Origin: Archaeoglobus sp. JdFR-37
Lineage (GTDB): Archaea > Halobacteriota > Archaeoglobi > Archaeoglobales > Archaeoglobaceae
Length of the DNA: 64,000 bases
Direction: 5' to 3'
Assembly (NCBI GenBank): GCA_002010215.1
Contig: MTMY01000047.1
Coordinates: forward strand, 1 to 64,000
The translations under genes were made by a program, and so were the position numbers. Below are positions 27,819 to 38,637 of the stretch, piece by piece; within the stretch, counting starts at the first letter, position 1; every line of letters begins with the position of its first letter. A model generated the notes under the pieces. It searched no databases. It worked only from the letters and a program-made list of their open reading frames with translations, and was not told where the DNA came from.

Positions 27819-28394
27819 ATGACTTGGAGACTCTTTGAGAAGCTGGCAGAACGCTATGATGGATGGTATGATAGAAATCAAGAAAAATATGCAGTGGAAG
27901 TAGAGTGTTTAAGAGGAATTTTCAGAAATAAGGGTATTTCGCTGGAAGTGGGAGTTGGTACCGGCAGGTTTGCAGAATTCTGTCACGTGGGCATTGATGC
28001 TTCGCTGGCTGCTCTCAAAATTGCCAGAAAGAGAGTTCAGGTTGTGGTAAGGGGCGATGCTTGCAATCTGCCATTTAAAGAGCAGAGTTTTGATTCAGTG
28101 CTTTTTATATTCACCCTCTGTTTCCTAGAATCCCCGGAAAAAGCCCTGAAAGAGGCATGGAGGGTGTTGAAGAAAGATGGAGCGGTTTATGTGCTTGCAA
28201 TCCCTCTTGATTCCCCTCTTGGTCAGAAATATTCGAAGACGGACAGTCTGTTTTACAGAGCTGCCAGATTCTTTACATTTGAAGAGCTAAAGTCAATGCT
28301 TGAGCGAAACGGATTCCGGATTGATGAAGTAAAGTGTGGTTTTATAGAGCTATCGGACAGAGACCTGATATGCATTTCGGCCTCAAAGGATTGA
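27819..28394 (+). CDS. Class I SAM-dependent methyltransferase
   Basis: LEVGVGTGRF, GDACNLPF...FD, RVLKKDG. Confidence 0.85.
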   Translation: MTWRLFEKLAERYDGWYDRNQEKYAVEVECLRGIFRNKGISLEVGVGTGRFAEFCHVGIDASLAALKIARKRVQVVVRGDACNLPFKEQSFDSVLFIFTLCFLESPEKALKEAWRVLKKDGAVYVLAIPLDSPLGQKYSKTDSLFYRAARFFTFEELKSMLERNGFRIDEVKCGFIELSDRDLICISASKD

Positions 28395-28420
28395 GCTTAA
28401 ACTCTTAAACTCCTAACACC

Positions 28421-29395
28421 CTAAACTCCAACCTTCAGCAAATTTCTGATGCTGTAAAGGACATCGGTTTCCTCAACACCTTCCATGCTTTCTACCCTCT
28501 TCTGGATCTGCTCAATTGGCTCTTTTGATGTGGCATGCACCATGAAGTACAGGGGATAATTCCAGTTTTCGGGAACCTGTCTCTCAACGAGGTGCGTTAT
28601 CTCTGGAACATCCTTCAACAGTTTGAAGGCCAGCTCTTCAGGCTCGGTAGTTTTAACAACCACCATCCCGTTCTCTTTAAAGCCAGCCCTTTCACCGCTG
28701 AGCACTGCATTAAACCCTCTGGCCACACCTTTCCGTATCATTTCTTCCACTAATTCAACGATTTCAGACTCAGACATCTCAAATTCCTTGGAAAGAGATG
28801 AGAAGGGTTTTTCGGAAACAGGGAAGTTGCTTTCCAGTTTTCTCAGCAGCTCCGCATTCACGCCGAGCTCGTCCACCTTTGGAATGCTTTCTGGTTCCAG
28901 CCCTTTCTCGCTCCAAGACACACCTTTGTAGAGGTGGTATTTGACGTCCATCTTATAGACCCTCTTGCTGGGTAAAACAACGTAATCTTTAACGCCACAG
29001 CTTCTCATCAGTTCATCAATCTTTGAAACCAACGCATCATCGTCTGGAGCCTTGATGGTGTACCAGACAGTGTAGCGTGGATGACTCCTCCAGAAGTTGT
29101 GTTTAACCCTCAAACCGTTAATTTTTCTTGCTACCTCTTCAATGCGGTCTTCTTCTACAGCAGCACCTACAAGAGCTGCCCTGCTAATTTCTCTGAATGC
29201 TTTGTAATTCAGGTGAACGCCAATCCTGAGGATTATCCCTTGATTCAGCATCTCTATCGTGCTGGAGATGACGTCTTGAACACTCCTTCCCAGCCTCTCG
29301 GCAACTTCCACAAAAGGATCCTCGTTAAGAGGGAACGAGTATTGTAGCTCCATCAAAAGTTCTTTGTCAATCACGCCATCCATCATACCATCCAT
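28421..29395 (-). CDS. Siroheme decarboxylase, fused AhbA-AhbB (NirDL/GH-like)
   Basis: Two tandem Lrp/AsnC-like repeats (LQ..FP...PF; HN..R; W.Y.LYFMVH), downstream of precorrin-2 dehydrogenase. Confidence 0.8.
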   Translation of the reverse strand: MDGMMDGVIDKELLMELQYSFPLNEDPFVEVAERLGRSVQDVISSTIEMLNQGIILRIGVHLNYKAFREISRAALVGAAVEEDRIEEVARKINGLRVKHNFWRSHPRYTVWYTIKAPDDDALVSKIDELMRSCGVKDYVVLPSKRVYKMDVKYHLYKGVSWSEKGLEPESIPKVDELGVNAELLRKLESNFPVSEKPFSSLSKEFEMSESEIVELVEEMIRKGVARGFNAVLSGERAGFKENGMVVVKTTEPEELAFKLLKDVPEITHLVERQVPENWNYPLYFMVHATSKEPIEQIQKRVESMEGVEETDVLYSIRNLLKVGV

Positions 29396-29404
29396 TACAT
29401 CACC

Positions 29405-30106
29405 TCAAAACTGAATTTTAACGAGACTTTCGTCTATCTCCCTTTCTCCACTCACGTATTCTTCTACGAGCTTCTCTGCTAGTTTTCGAGCCTCATTCAC
29501 CTTGCCTTTATTTACCAGATTCCTGAATTCTTCATCCGCACTTATAACAAAATAGAGCTTCATTCTGAGCTGAACGGGGACATCCTTGCTTTTCATGTAC
29601 TTTTTGAGATAATGCATAGCCTCAAGTAGATACAATGATTCGCTATCTTCCTTCAGCGTCTCCATAAATAGGTCTCTTACTCGCCTTGCAACGACACCAC
29701 TCTTCCCCTCTGTCGTTACGGCAAATCTTATGCCATTTACCTCTCCCTCAAAGGGCACAACAACCTCTGTCCTCTCAGCATCATTTGCTAGGTTAACGAG
29801 GGCTTTGTACTTCCTTGCCAGCTTGATTACAGTATCGTTTATCTTCAAATCCCCTATTGCCACCGTTACAAGATCACACCATGATATGAGATTCTCAAGA
29901 AGATTTCTGTTGAAGGCATCACCTTTAATTAATTCCACATTCTCGTCTTTAGACAGCTTAATAAGCTCCTTTGAGAACTCAAGACTCAAGACTCTGATTT
30001 CAGCTCCAGCTTCACGGAACTTTTTGGCTCTGGCAGTACCAACTCCACCACCGCCGATTATGAGAACCTTTTTTCCACTGAATTCGATGTATAGAGGTAT
30101 TCTCAT
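29405..30106 (-). CDS. Precorrin-2 dehydrogenase/sirohydrochlorin ferrochelatase (SirC/Met8-like)
   Basis: KVLIIGGGGVG..RA, VN.AND, AVTTEGKS. Confidence 0.85.
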   Translation of the reverse strand: MRIPLYIEFSGKKVLIIGGGGVGTARAKKFREAGAEIRVLSLEFSKELIKLSKDENVELIKGDAFNRNLLENLISWCDLVTVAIGDLKINDTVIKLARKYKALVNLANDAERTEVVVPFEGEVNGIRFAVTTEGKSGVVARRVRDLFMETLKEDSESLYLLEAMHYLKKYMKSKDVPVQLRMKLYFVISADEEFRNLVNKGKVNEARKLAEKLVEEYVSGEREIDESLVKIQF

Positions 30107-30183
30107 TAGATCACCTAAATGAGGAAGAAGAGGATGGATAAAAATTTTAGCCCTGAAGGCAGTCTGAAGGTTAGCCCTGAAAT

Positions 30184-30981
30184 TTAGTCCTGAAGAAATT
30201 CAAAAGCCTGTTCAGCTGTAGCATTCTCGTGTACTATCATGGAAATTGCCTTTGTCATCCTGACAGGATCTGGAGCCTGAAAGATATTTCTTCCTATAGC
30301 TACACCCTTGGCTCCAGCTTCCATGGCCATCTCCACTGTCTTCAAAATCTCCATCTCGCCCTTCATCTTTGGTCCGCCGGCGATGACAACAGGCACCGGG
30401 CAACCTTCCGTCACCCTTTTGAAGCTCTCAACACTGCCTGTGAAATTTGTTTTGACTATGTCTGCACCAAGCTCTGCTCCAACTCTTGCTGCTAAAGCTA
30501 CAGCTTTTTCATCGAACTGGTTTATCCCGTTACCTCTGGGATACATCATGGCAAGAAGGGGCATCCCCCACTCCATGCAGACCTTGCTCACCTTACCAAG
30601 CTTTTCCAGCTGCCTTGCCTCGGTATCGCTCCCGATATTTATGTGGATGCTGACTGCATCAGCTCCGAGCTTTATGGCTTCTTCAACATCGCACACCAGC
30701 ACCTTCTCGTTTGGGTCGGGGGCAAGTGATGTTGAGCCGCTAAGGTGTACGATGAGTCCAACATCCTTACCATATCCTCTGTGGCCGAAGGGAACGATTC
30801 CCTTATGCACAACAACCGCATTTGCTCCACCTTCTGCAACTGCGTTGATAGTCTTTGGCAAATCAACAATCCCTTCGATTGGCCCCATGCTAAGGCCGTG
30901 ATCCATGGGGACAATTACTGTATTCCCGCTTTCTCTGTTGACAATCCTTTCAATTCGTATCCTTTTTCCAACTACACCCAT
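30184..30981 (-). CDS. 2-amino-3,7-dideoxy-D-threo-hept-6-ulosonate synthase (class I DhnA-type aldolase)
   Basis: [40 protein letters not shown]; start moved to 30981. Confidence 0.85.
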   Translation of the reverse strand: MGVVGKRIRIERIVNRESGNTVIVPMDHGLSMGPIEGIVDLPKTINAVAEGGANAVVVHKGIVPFGHRGYGKDVGLIVHLSGSTSLAPDPNEKVLVCDVEEAIKLGADAVSIHINIGSDTEARQLEKLGKVSKVCMEWGMPLLAMMYPRGNGINQFDEKAVALAARVGAELGADIVKTNFTGSVESFKRVTEGCPVPVVIAGGPKMKGEMEILKTVEMAMEAGAKGVAIGRNIFQAPDPVRMTKAISMIVHENATAEQAFEFLQD

Positions 30982-31349
30982 GTCATCACCTTGCAAGTGT
31001 GTCACAAAGTAGCAATATAAAAAGATTTTGGTCGACATCTTGCTATGGGTTACATAAATCATTTCCTTTGCTGGATCGAATTCTGACATGGATTTCCTAA
31101 GCAGGAAAAAATTTAGGGAAAAACAGTTGATGTCTTGGCATGGAAGTCAGGCTAACGCAAGATAGCAGCTCAATGCAATACGAAACAAATTCTTATCATT
31201 TTCCAGTTATTGCTTTTTCAGGACAAAGTAATATATTGATTCGAGATACCATATAGGTGTTGAAGCATCGAAAAGTTTAAAAATACCTCCCTCTTATCCT
31301 CAATCAGCCTTACTTTGGCTTTTCTAAAAATAATGAGAAGTGAAGAGGC

Positions 31350-31988
31350 ATGATGCAGGAGAAGATATATAAAGGAACCACAACGGTGGGTTTGATCTGT
31401 AAGGACGGAGTAGTGCTGGCTACGGAAAAGAGAGCTACGATGGGTAGCTTTATAGCCAGCAGAAGGGCAAAGAAGATTTTTCAGATAGCTGACAGGGTAG
31501 CCATGACAACAGCCGGGAGCGTTGGCGATGCCCAGTTCTTGGCTAGGTTGATAGCAGTGGAGGCAAGTCTGTATGAGATAAGAAAAGAGGAGAAACCAAC
31601 AATAAAGGCAATAGCCACCATGGTGTCAAACCTCCTTAATTCAGTCAGGTACTTTCCTTACTTTGTCCAGCTACTCATTGGAGGAGTTGACAGCAGAGGA
31701 CCCAGTGTTTATTCTCTTGACCTGATCGGAGGAGCAATAGAGGAGCACGAAGTTGTTGCGACTGGTAGCGGCTCTCCAACAGCTTACGGAGTGCTAGAGG
31801 ACAGGTACTCTCCGGATCTAACTACTGATGAAGGAATCAAGCTGGCTGTCAGAGCTGTGTATTCTGCCATGCGGAGAGATTCTGCATCAGGTGACGGAAT
31901 AGATGTGGTTAAGATAACTGAAAAAGAGTATGTTCAGCTCACTCCCGAAGAGATCGAGGAGATCATATCTCAATTTTCCAGAAAGTAA
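31350..31988 (+). CDS. psmB: Proteasome beta subunit
   Basis: Short propeptide then [26 protein letters not shown]. Confidence 0.95.
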   Translation: MMQEKIYKGTTTVGLICKDGVVLATEKRATMGSFIASRRAKKIFQIADRVAMTTAGSVGDAQFLARLIAVEASLYEIRKEEKPTIKAIATMVSNLLNSVRYFPYFVQLLIGGVDSRGPSVYSLDLIGGAIEEHEVVATGSGSPTAYGVLEDRYSPDLTTDEGIKLAVRAVYSAMRRDSASGDGIDVVKITEKEYVQLTPEEIEEIISQFSRK

Positions 31989-32038
31989 AATCCCAATTTC
32001 ATTTAATTTAGAAAAAGATAGATACAAAGGTAGATATA

Positions 32039-33943
32039 ATGTCTATTGATAAATTACTCAGAGAGCTTAGGGAAAAAATAGAGCAGGCAGTGCCCAAGAA
32101 CATCAAGATCAAGAACATCGAGTTCGAAGGGCCTATGCTCATAATCTATGTGCAAAATCCGCAGGAGTTAGCAGAGAGTGGCGATGTGGTGAAAAAACTT
32201 GCTAAAGATCTCAGGAAGAGAATAATAATACGTCCGGACCCCAAGAGTCTGAAGCCTCCGCAGGAGGCCATGGAAATTATAAAGAAGATTGTGCCTGAAG
32301 ATGCCCAGATTACCAATTTCTTCTTCGATGAAGAGAATGGCGAGGTAATAATCGAGGCAGAAAAACCAGGGATAGTCATTGGAAAGCAAGGTGTAACCCT
32401 TAGAGAGATAATGAAGGCTGTTGGATGGAGCCCCAGAGTAGTCAGAACTCCATCAATCCGATCCAAGACCATAGAGAACATCAGGCAGTTTCTTCTTGCG
32501 TCAAGAGATGAACGTAAGGAGATAATGAAGAGGATAGGTGTTAGAATTCATCGAGGTATTATTCATGAGGATAAATGGGTCAGAGTAACTTTCCTTGGCG
32601 GATCGAGAGAAGTAGGGAGGAGTTGCTATCTCCTGCAGACTCCTGAGAGTAGAATACTCATCGATTGCGGAGTAAATGTGAGTAACATAAGTCAGCCACC
32701 CTATTTGTATATTCCTGAGGTGCAACCCTTAGACTCAATTGATGCTGTTGTCATCACCCATGCTCACCTTGATCACTGTGGACTTGTTCCGCTCCTCTAC
32801 AAATATGGCTATAAGGGTCCAATTTACCTAACACCGCCCACAAGGGACTTGATGGTCCTCCTTCAGCTTGACTTTATTGAAGTTGCAGGAAGAGAAGGCA
32901 GTGTGCCCTACGAATCAGCTACAATCCGTGAGGCTCTCAGACATACAATAACTCTTGACTATGGGGTTGTAACTGACATAGCTCCCGATATACGGCTTAC
33001 ATTCTACAATGCTGGTCACATTCTGGGTTCAGCCATCGCCCACTTCCACATCGGTGAGGGGCTTTACAATATAGCCTTTACCGGCGACTTCAAGTTTGAG
33101 AAGACTCGCCTCTTTGACAGAGCTGAAACAAGATTCCCCAGACTTGAAGCCCTGATAATGGAGGCCACCTATGGCGGGAGTGAGGACTTCCAGCCTTCAA
33201 GGAAAGAGGCAGAGGAGAAACTCATACAGGTTATAACCGATACCATAAACAGGGGAGGTAAGGTTCTAATTCCCACCTTTGCAGTGGGAAGAAGTCAGGA
33301 AGTCATGATCGTGCTGGAAGAGGCTATTAGGAGTGAAAAGCTTCCTGAGGTTCCGGTTTATCTTGACGGCATGATTTATGAAGCAACAGCCATTCACACA
33401 GCCTATCCTGAGTATTTGAATGCGAGTCTCAGAGATCTAATTTTCCATCATGGAATCAACCCCTTCATAAGCGATAGCTTCGTCAGGGTCGACTCGCCCT
33501 CAAAGAGGAGCGAGGTAATTGAAGACACCAGCCCGTCTATAATTCTGGCAACATCAGGTATGCTCAACGGCGGGCCGGTTATGGAATACTTCAGGACTCT
33601 CGCCCCCGATGAGAGGAATACAATCGTTTTCGTTGGCTATCAGGCTGAAGGAACGCTGGGCAGAAGGATTCAGAAGGGCTGGAAAGAGGTACCATTCCCG
33701 GTAAACGGGAAGAGGGAGGTCATCACGGTCAACATGAGCGTCGAGACGGTTGACGGCTTTTCAGGCCACTCTGACAGAAGACAGCTCATGAATTATGTTA
33801 GATCTCTCACCTCAAAGCCGGATAAGGTTATAACCATCCACGGTGACGAGAACAAGTGCATTGAGCTCGCCAGCGGGATATACAAGACCTACCGCATAGA
33901 AACGCGAGCCCCCATGAATCTGGAGACGGTGAGATTTGTATGA
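32039..33943 (+). CDS. Beta-CASP ribonuclease aCPSF1 / termination factor FttA
   Basis: N-terminal KH domains, EVGRSC, HAHLDH, AGHILGS, FSGHSD; follows psmB. Confidence 0.95.
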   Translation: MSIDKLLRELREKIEQAVPKNIKIKNIEFEGPMLIIYVQNPQELAESGDVVKKLAKDLRKRIIIRPDPKSLKPPQEAMEIIKKIVPEDAQITNFFFDEENGEVIIEAEKPGIVIGKQGVTLREIMKAVGWSPRVVRTPSIRSKTIENIRQFLLASRDERKEIMKRIGVRIHRGIIHEDKWVRVTFLGGSREVGRSCYLLQTPESRILIDCGVNVSNISQPPYLYIPEVQPLDSIDAVVITHAHLDHCGLVPLLYKYGYKGPIYLTPPTRDLMVLLQLDFIEVAGREGSVPYESATIREALRHTITLDYGVVTDIAPDIRLTFYNAGHILGSAIAHFHIGEGLYNIAFTGDFKFEKTRLFDRAETRFPRLEALIMEATYGGSEDFQPSRKEAEEKLIQVITDTINRGGKVLIPTFAVGRSQEVMIVLEEAIRSEKLPEVPVYLDGMIYEATAIHTAYPEYLNASLRDLIFHHGINPFISDSFVRVDSPSKRSEVIEDTSPSIILATSGMLNGGPVMEYFRTLAPDERNTIVFVGYQAEGTLGRRIQKGWKEVPFPVNGKREVITVNMSVETVDGFSGHSDRRQLMNYVRSLTSKPDKVITIHGDENKCIELASGIYKTYRIETRAPMNLETVRFV

Positions 33944-34416
33944 TTCTGAGTATCGTGGGCACTTCAGACAGCGGGAAAACAACGCTGATAACGAGGATTG
34001 TCCCGATACTGAAAAAGAAGGGCTTGAAAGTAGTAGTGGTGAAACACCACGCCCATGGGGATTTCGAGATAGATAAGGAGGGAAAGGATTCATGGAAGAT
34101 TTACAACAGCGGGGCGGACATACTCATCTCCTCTCCAGTAAAAATGGCATTTATCAGGCGTGCAGAGAATGACAATCTGGACTGGATTTACGAGAGATAT
34201 CTTAAAGATGATTACGATATAGTTCTGACGGAGGGCTTCAGCAGAGCCGGAAAGGACAGGATAGTTGTGGTGGATAAGGCAGAGAAGGTGGAACATTTCA
34301 AGCACGGCAGAATTCTGGCAGTTGTATGTGACGAGCCTATAGATGGTTACCCAACTTTCAGGCGTGATGATGTCGAGGAGATAGCCGAGTTTATATACAG
34401 GCTTGTCAGGGAATAA
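33940..34416 (+). CDS. mobB: Molybdopterin-guanine dinucleotide biosynthesis protein B
   Basis: GTSDSGKTTLI, VKHH...D.EGKDS, EGF. Confidence 0.88.
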   Translation: MILSIVGTSDSGKTTLITRIVPILKKKGLKVVVVKHHAHGDFEIDKEGKDSWKIYNSGADILISSPVKMAFIRRAENDNLDWIYERYLKDDYDIVLTEGFSRAGKDRIVVVDKAEKVEHFKHGRILAVVCDEPIDGYPTFRRDDVEEIAEFIYRLVRE

Positions 34417-34463
34417 AATATATATTTCCGCATCTATCAGTTCTATCGGCTTATCAACCCCAA

Positions 34464-34537
34464 GCCGCCGTAGCTCAGCTGGTCGGAGCGGGTGACTCGT
34501 AATCACCAGGTCGCGGGTTCGAATCCCGCCGGCGGCT
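34464..34537 (+). tRNA. tRNA-Thr (CGT), intronless, CCA not encoded
   Basis: Acceptor stem GCCGCCG/CGGCGGC, anticodon arm GGTGA-CTCGTAA-TCACC, T loop GGTTCGAATCC. Confidence 0.96.
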
Positions 34538-34645
34538 TGTATTATCTTATTTTAGGGATTGGAGAGGTATTTTTTGTGTTTTATTTATAATTTTCAGCCT
34601 CTATTGATTAAGAAGAACTTGAGACAACTACAACCATATTATTAG

Positions 34646-36145
34646 TCATCGGAGCTCCAAAAACTTAATCAACTCTTCTTTTAGTTCAGTTCTCTTCTGC
34701 TGAACTTCTGATTCCTCCTCAAGCAATTTGACAAACTCCTTCACGAGCCCGTCCAGAACTCTCCCCCAGATCTTGAAATAATCGTGCTTCAGGTGAATTG
34801 TAGTAACGCCAGTGGTGCTTTTCTTTCCCATCTTGACCAAATCAGGCTCCAGGACATGCAGAATATCATAAATGAGGGTTTGAAGCAGTATCTCATCCAT
34901 CTTGATAAAGCAAGCATCAGCGGTCCTTGCAGCAAACTCTCCAAACTTCTCCCTTAACTTCTGTTTAGCAAGCTCTGTCAGAGTCTCTATTCTGTTCTCA
35001 GCTTCATCAAAGAGCCTGTCTACATCTTCTTCTCTGATAATTTTCTCAGACTCAAACAGCGAACCAAGTAAGTCATGAGTCAGTATTGGATTCTGCCTGT
35101 ACATCTGCACAAGGTATACCAACGTTTGAGCTGGGAAGAAAGAGAGCTTGATTCCACCAGTCATGTGCCTGAACTGCAGAGCGTATTTTTCAATCTCATC
35201 GGGAAAGTCTGGGCCGACAACGACCATGTAGCGGACATAATCTCTGTAAACTCCCAACAGCTTCTCCTTAACCAAATCGATGCAGTAGGTTTTGAGCCTG
35301 ATCAAGTAATCAGGATTCCTGACTATGTAATCGTAGACTCCGCTTGCAGCAGTTTTACACTCCACAACCGTGATGTATGGTGGGGTTGCATGCGTCCCGA
35401 TTACCAAGAGATCCCACCCAGCCCCTGAAGTTCTGGTAATGGTATCAAACTCCAGTAGCTGGAAAGCCTGCTCCGTGAGGTCTTCAAAAACTTTCTCAGG
35501 TGGACTGTTGTATTTTTCTCTGGCAACTCTCGTATTCTGCCTCGAAATCTCAATGTAATCCTCAACAATCCGCTTCAAAGATCCTTCTATGTCCCTCCCG
35601 ACTGGTGTTAAAACTCCTTCTTCTTTCTTCCGCTCTTCTACGAGGTTCAGCAGAACATCCAGAACTTTACCTGTAATATGATTCAGACCCTCTGGATCCA
35701 CCAATCCTTGATAGACAACCTCGGCCAGAACAGCTGGATAGTGTTTGCAGAAGGGATAGCGCCCCTTCTTAACTTGGTAAACGTAATCAGCACATTTCTC
35801 ATCGCAAGAGTATGAGAAGTCATCCTTGCCAAGGTTAGAAATCTTAACTCTGTAGCCTGAAACATCCGCTATTATCATGTCCTCGCTGAAGTGCTCGATG
35901 CTGACTTTTTTCAGCAGAAAATGATCTCTTGCATCGTTAACCTTGGCTATCAGCTTATGTTCGATAAAAGAGCTTACGAGGTCTTCGAGCTCCTCTAAAC
36001 TCAAATCGCAAGTTTTTGCAATGTATTCGGCCAATTTGGCCTGACTTAGCCCAGAATAACCCTTAATTCCATGATTTTTACAGATTTCAATCAAATCATT
36101 TTTCGTCAGCTTTTTGAGAAGTGCAACTTTTTTCTTGATGGACAC
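34646..36145 (-). CDS. Putative nuclease: HeH/Rho-N DNA-binding + SWIM-like Zn finger + PD-(D/E)xK domain
   Basis: LTKNDLIEICKNHGIKGYSGLSQAKL; CDEKC...FCKH; FEDL...GWDLL...VVECKT. Confidence 0.65.
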   Translation of the reverse strand: MSIKKKVALLKKLTKNDLIEICKNHGIKGYSGLSQAKLAEYIAKTCDLSLEELEDLVSSFIEHKLIAKVNDARDHFLLKKVSIEHFSEDMIIADVSGYRVKISNLGKDDFSYSCDEKCADYVYQVKKGRYPFCKHYPAVLAEVVYQGLVDPEGLNHITGKVLDVLLNLVEERKKEEGVLTPVGRDIEGSLKRIVEDYIEISRQNTRVAREKYNSPPEKVFEDLTEQAFQLLEFDTITRTSGAGWDLLVIGTHATPPYITVVECKTAASGVYDYIVRNPDYLIRLKTYCIDLVKEKLLGVYRDYVRYMVVVGPDFPDEIEKYALQFRHMTGGIKLSFFPAQTLVYLVQMYRQNPILTHDLLGSLFESEKIIREEDVDRLFDEAENRIETLTELAKQKLREKFGEFAARTADACFIKMDEILLQTLIYDILHVLEPDLVKMGKKSTTGVTTIHLKHDYFKIWGRVLDGLVKEFVKLLEEESEVQQKRTELKEELIKFLELR

Positions 36146-36574
36146 AGAAAAATTGTTAAATTCAAAAAATAAAACTTTAACGATTCACAACACTACAATC
36201 TTATCCCCCACGGCTTTACGAATGTCTTACCATTGTCAGGAGGATAAAAGCTCTTGAGGTTGAATTTTATCTTGACAAGAAAATCAAGAGCCAAAAAACA
36301 TTTAGTTTTTGCGAGCTGATTGTTACAAAATAATTTATGAAATCCACTTTGACATCCAATAAATTTGGATTCTGAGAATAGATAGGATGTGGGGGGAGAG
36401 CCTATAAGAGAATTTGAGATTATCAGAACTTCTCTCCAATCTTCATCGCAAGTCCCCCACCCATTTCTTTTGCCAAAAACCCATCAATTGTTCAGACCTA
36501 TGGAATCTTATAAAGTCAATCCGCAACATCCAACCACCCTTAAAGCTTTATTATCTGAAGTCAAAAACAACCCT

Positions 36575-36796
36575 ATGAAAGGAATTTCACACCCTACAAA
36601 AATTAAGGTGCTGGAAACCCTCAAGGCCAATGAAGTTAGCATGGAGAAACTCTCAAAGCTAACCAGAATCCCAGCTGTGATGCTCAAGGGAGTGGTGGCT
36701 GAACTCAAAGCGGATGGCTATATCGAGGAGAAAGAAGGAGTGCTGAAAATTACGGATAGTGGAATTGAGGCAATTAACAGCCTTAAAGAATTCTGA
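36575..36796 (+). CDS. Small winged-helix protein
   Basis: KIKVLETL...LSKLTRIP...ELKADGYIEEKEGVLKITDSG; start moved to 36575. Confidence 0.65.
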   Translation: MKGISHPTKIKVLETLKANEVSMEKLSKLTRIPAVMLKGVVAELKADGYIEEKEGVLKITDSGIEAINSLKEF

Positions 36797-36807
36797 CAAT
36801 TCTGAGC

Positions 36808-37953
36808 ATGCTGAAGGAGTACGAAATCTCTGGTGAGAAAGTCTTCCTCATAAGGAATTTTGTTGAGGTCAGAATTCCCAAAGGCCATTATGAAAAGCTC
36901 ATTAGAAGGCATCCTAAGGAATACATTATCTCTCTGGCCGAACCTCGAAGAGTTCTGAGCCATGTCACCAAAAGGAATCTTGTTTTTGTAACAAAAGAAA
37001 GTGGAATTCCTCTTCTTGGTCATGCAGCCTTCGGACTTATTGACAGAGGAACGAACCTGATTCAGGTCAGGCCAGTTACTGGCTGCAACCTCAACTGCAT
37101 TTTCTGTAGTGTTGATGAGGGCAGAGAATCCAAGACGAGAGTAACCGATTATGTGGTAGAGCCGGATTACCTCGCTGCAGAGCTTGCTGAGCTTGCAGCA
37201 TTCAAAGGAAAAGGTGTTGAGGCACACATTGATGGGCAGGGGGAACCCTTAATTTATCCCTACATGGAAGAGCTGCTTTCTGCTATTTCTGAAATAAAGG
37301 AGATAGATGTTGTTTCAATCCAGACAAATGGTGTTGTGCTGAATGAGGAAAAAATTGAGATGCTGGAGAAGTATGTTACGAGAATAAACCTTTCGATAAG
37401 CACTCTCAATGCAGAAAAGGCTGAAAAGCTCTACGGGGTAAGATACCCTCTGGAGAAAGTTATGGAGAATGCCAGAATGATCGCCGAAAGCAAAATGGAC
37501 CTTCTGATTGCTCCGGTATGGGTTCCGGGTTTCAATGATGAGGAGATGGAGAGAATAATCCAGTTTGCTCTGGATATTGGTGCTGGGAAGAGACATCCGC
37601 CCCTTGGCATCCAGAAATACATTCCATACAAGACTGGGAGGAAGCTGAAGAAGGTGATATCCTTCCGGGATTTTTATGCGACTCTCAAAAAGTGGGAAGA
37701 AGAGTATGGTGTAAAGCTCGTCCTGAACCCAAAGGACTTTGGAATGGGGAAGAGGGAGCGTTATCCAAGTCCCATAAGGAAGGGTGAAGTTTACCGCAGT
37801 AGAATTCTGGCAGAGGGCAGAATGAGGGGTGAGATGATCGCTGCTGTTAAGGGAAGGGCTGTGACTGTTTTGACGAACAAAGGCATTGGAGAGGGTGTTA
37901 AATTCAGGATAATCCGGGATAAGGATGGTATTTACCTGGCTGAAGAGTTATAA
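36808..37953 (+). CDS. Radical SAM protein with C-terminal TRAM-like domain
   Basis: GCNLNCIFCSVD, DGQGEP, QTNG. Confidence 0.85.
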   Translation: MLKEYEISGEKVFLIRNFVEVRIPKGHYEKLIRRHPKEYIISLAEPRRVLSHVTKRNLVFVTKESGIPLLGHAAFGLIDRGTNLIQVRPVTGCNLNCIFCSVDEGRESKTRVTDYVVEPDYLAAELAELAAFKGKGVEAHIDGQGEPLIYPYMEELLSAISEIKEIDVVSIQTNGVVLNEEKIEMLEKYVTRINLSISTLNAEKAEKLYGVRYPLEKVMENARMIAESKMDLLIAPVWVPGFNDEEMERIIQFALDIGAGKRHPPLGIQKYIPYKTGRKLKKVISFRDFYATLKKWEEEYGVKLVLNPKDFGMGKRERYPSPIRKGEVYRSRILAEGRMRGEMIAAVKGRAVTVLTNKGIGEGVKFRIIRDKDGIYLAEEL

Positions 37954-38000
37954 GGCGTAATGGGTGTAAAAGCGCGTAAAGGTACGGAGAGGTGTAAGGC

Positions 38001-38603
38001 TTGGAGGGCAAAGAAAGCAGAACATCAAAGCTGAAACACCTTGAATTTAAGGAGAAATTCCGAAGACGATTGGTGAAAGGAGAGAAGAAAGCCACAGTAC
38101 GGCTTTATACTTCACTTGAAGAAGGAGACAGAGTTTTGATTCATTGCGGGGGCGAGATACTGGGAGAAGGCATAATCGAGGAGGTTAAGCAGAAAACTCT
38201 GGATGAGCTGACAGAAGAGGATGCGAAGGCCGATGGCTTCAAATCCCTGGAAGAATTGCTTGGAGAAATTAGGCGTCTTTATGGAGATGTGGATAGGGTT
38301 CTCATTATACGCTTTTCCATGAAACCCTTCAGTCATGGAAAAAATCCTCATAACTTCTATTATGGTCAGGTAGACTTGAGAGAGATTGCAAAGCTTGGCC
38401 TCAAAAACCTTCAGCTTGAAGAGAAAGATAGGCAAATTCTTCAGCTCTTTCTGGAGACTGGCAGCATCATCAAAGCTGCAAAAAGACTGGGTGGGCTGAG
38501 AAAAAGGGGAATGATAAGGGAAGTGCTCAGGAAATGCTACAGAGAGCTGGTGATGAAGGGGATGGTGGATGACAAGCAGTTCAAAGAAAATGAAGAAAAA
38601 TGA
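38001..38603 (+). CDS. ASCH-domain protein with C-terminal HTH-like extension
   Basis: GEKKATVR, LDELTEEDAKADGF...L..LY; GSIIKAAKRLG. Confidence 0.75.
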   Translation: MEGKESRTSKLKHLEFKEKFRRRLVKGEKKATVRLYTSLEEGDRVLIHCGGEILGEGIIEEVKQKTLDELTEEDAKADGFKSLEELLGEIRRLYGDVDRVLIIRFSMKPFSHGKNPHNFYYGQVDLREIAKLGLKNLQLEEKDRQILQLFLETGSIIKAAKRLGGLRKRGMIREVLRKCYRELVMKGMVDDKQFKENEEK

Positions 38604-38637
38604 AAAAGTTTAAGACTGTTCATCTCTCACGCATAGC

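Noticed and set aside
34464..36400. Integrated element at tRNA-Thr
   Set aside because: No integrase and no duplicated tRNA 3' end (att site) found by eye
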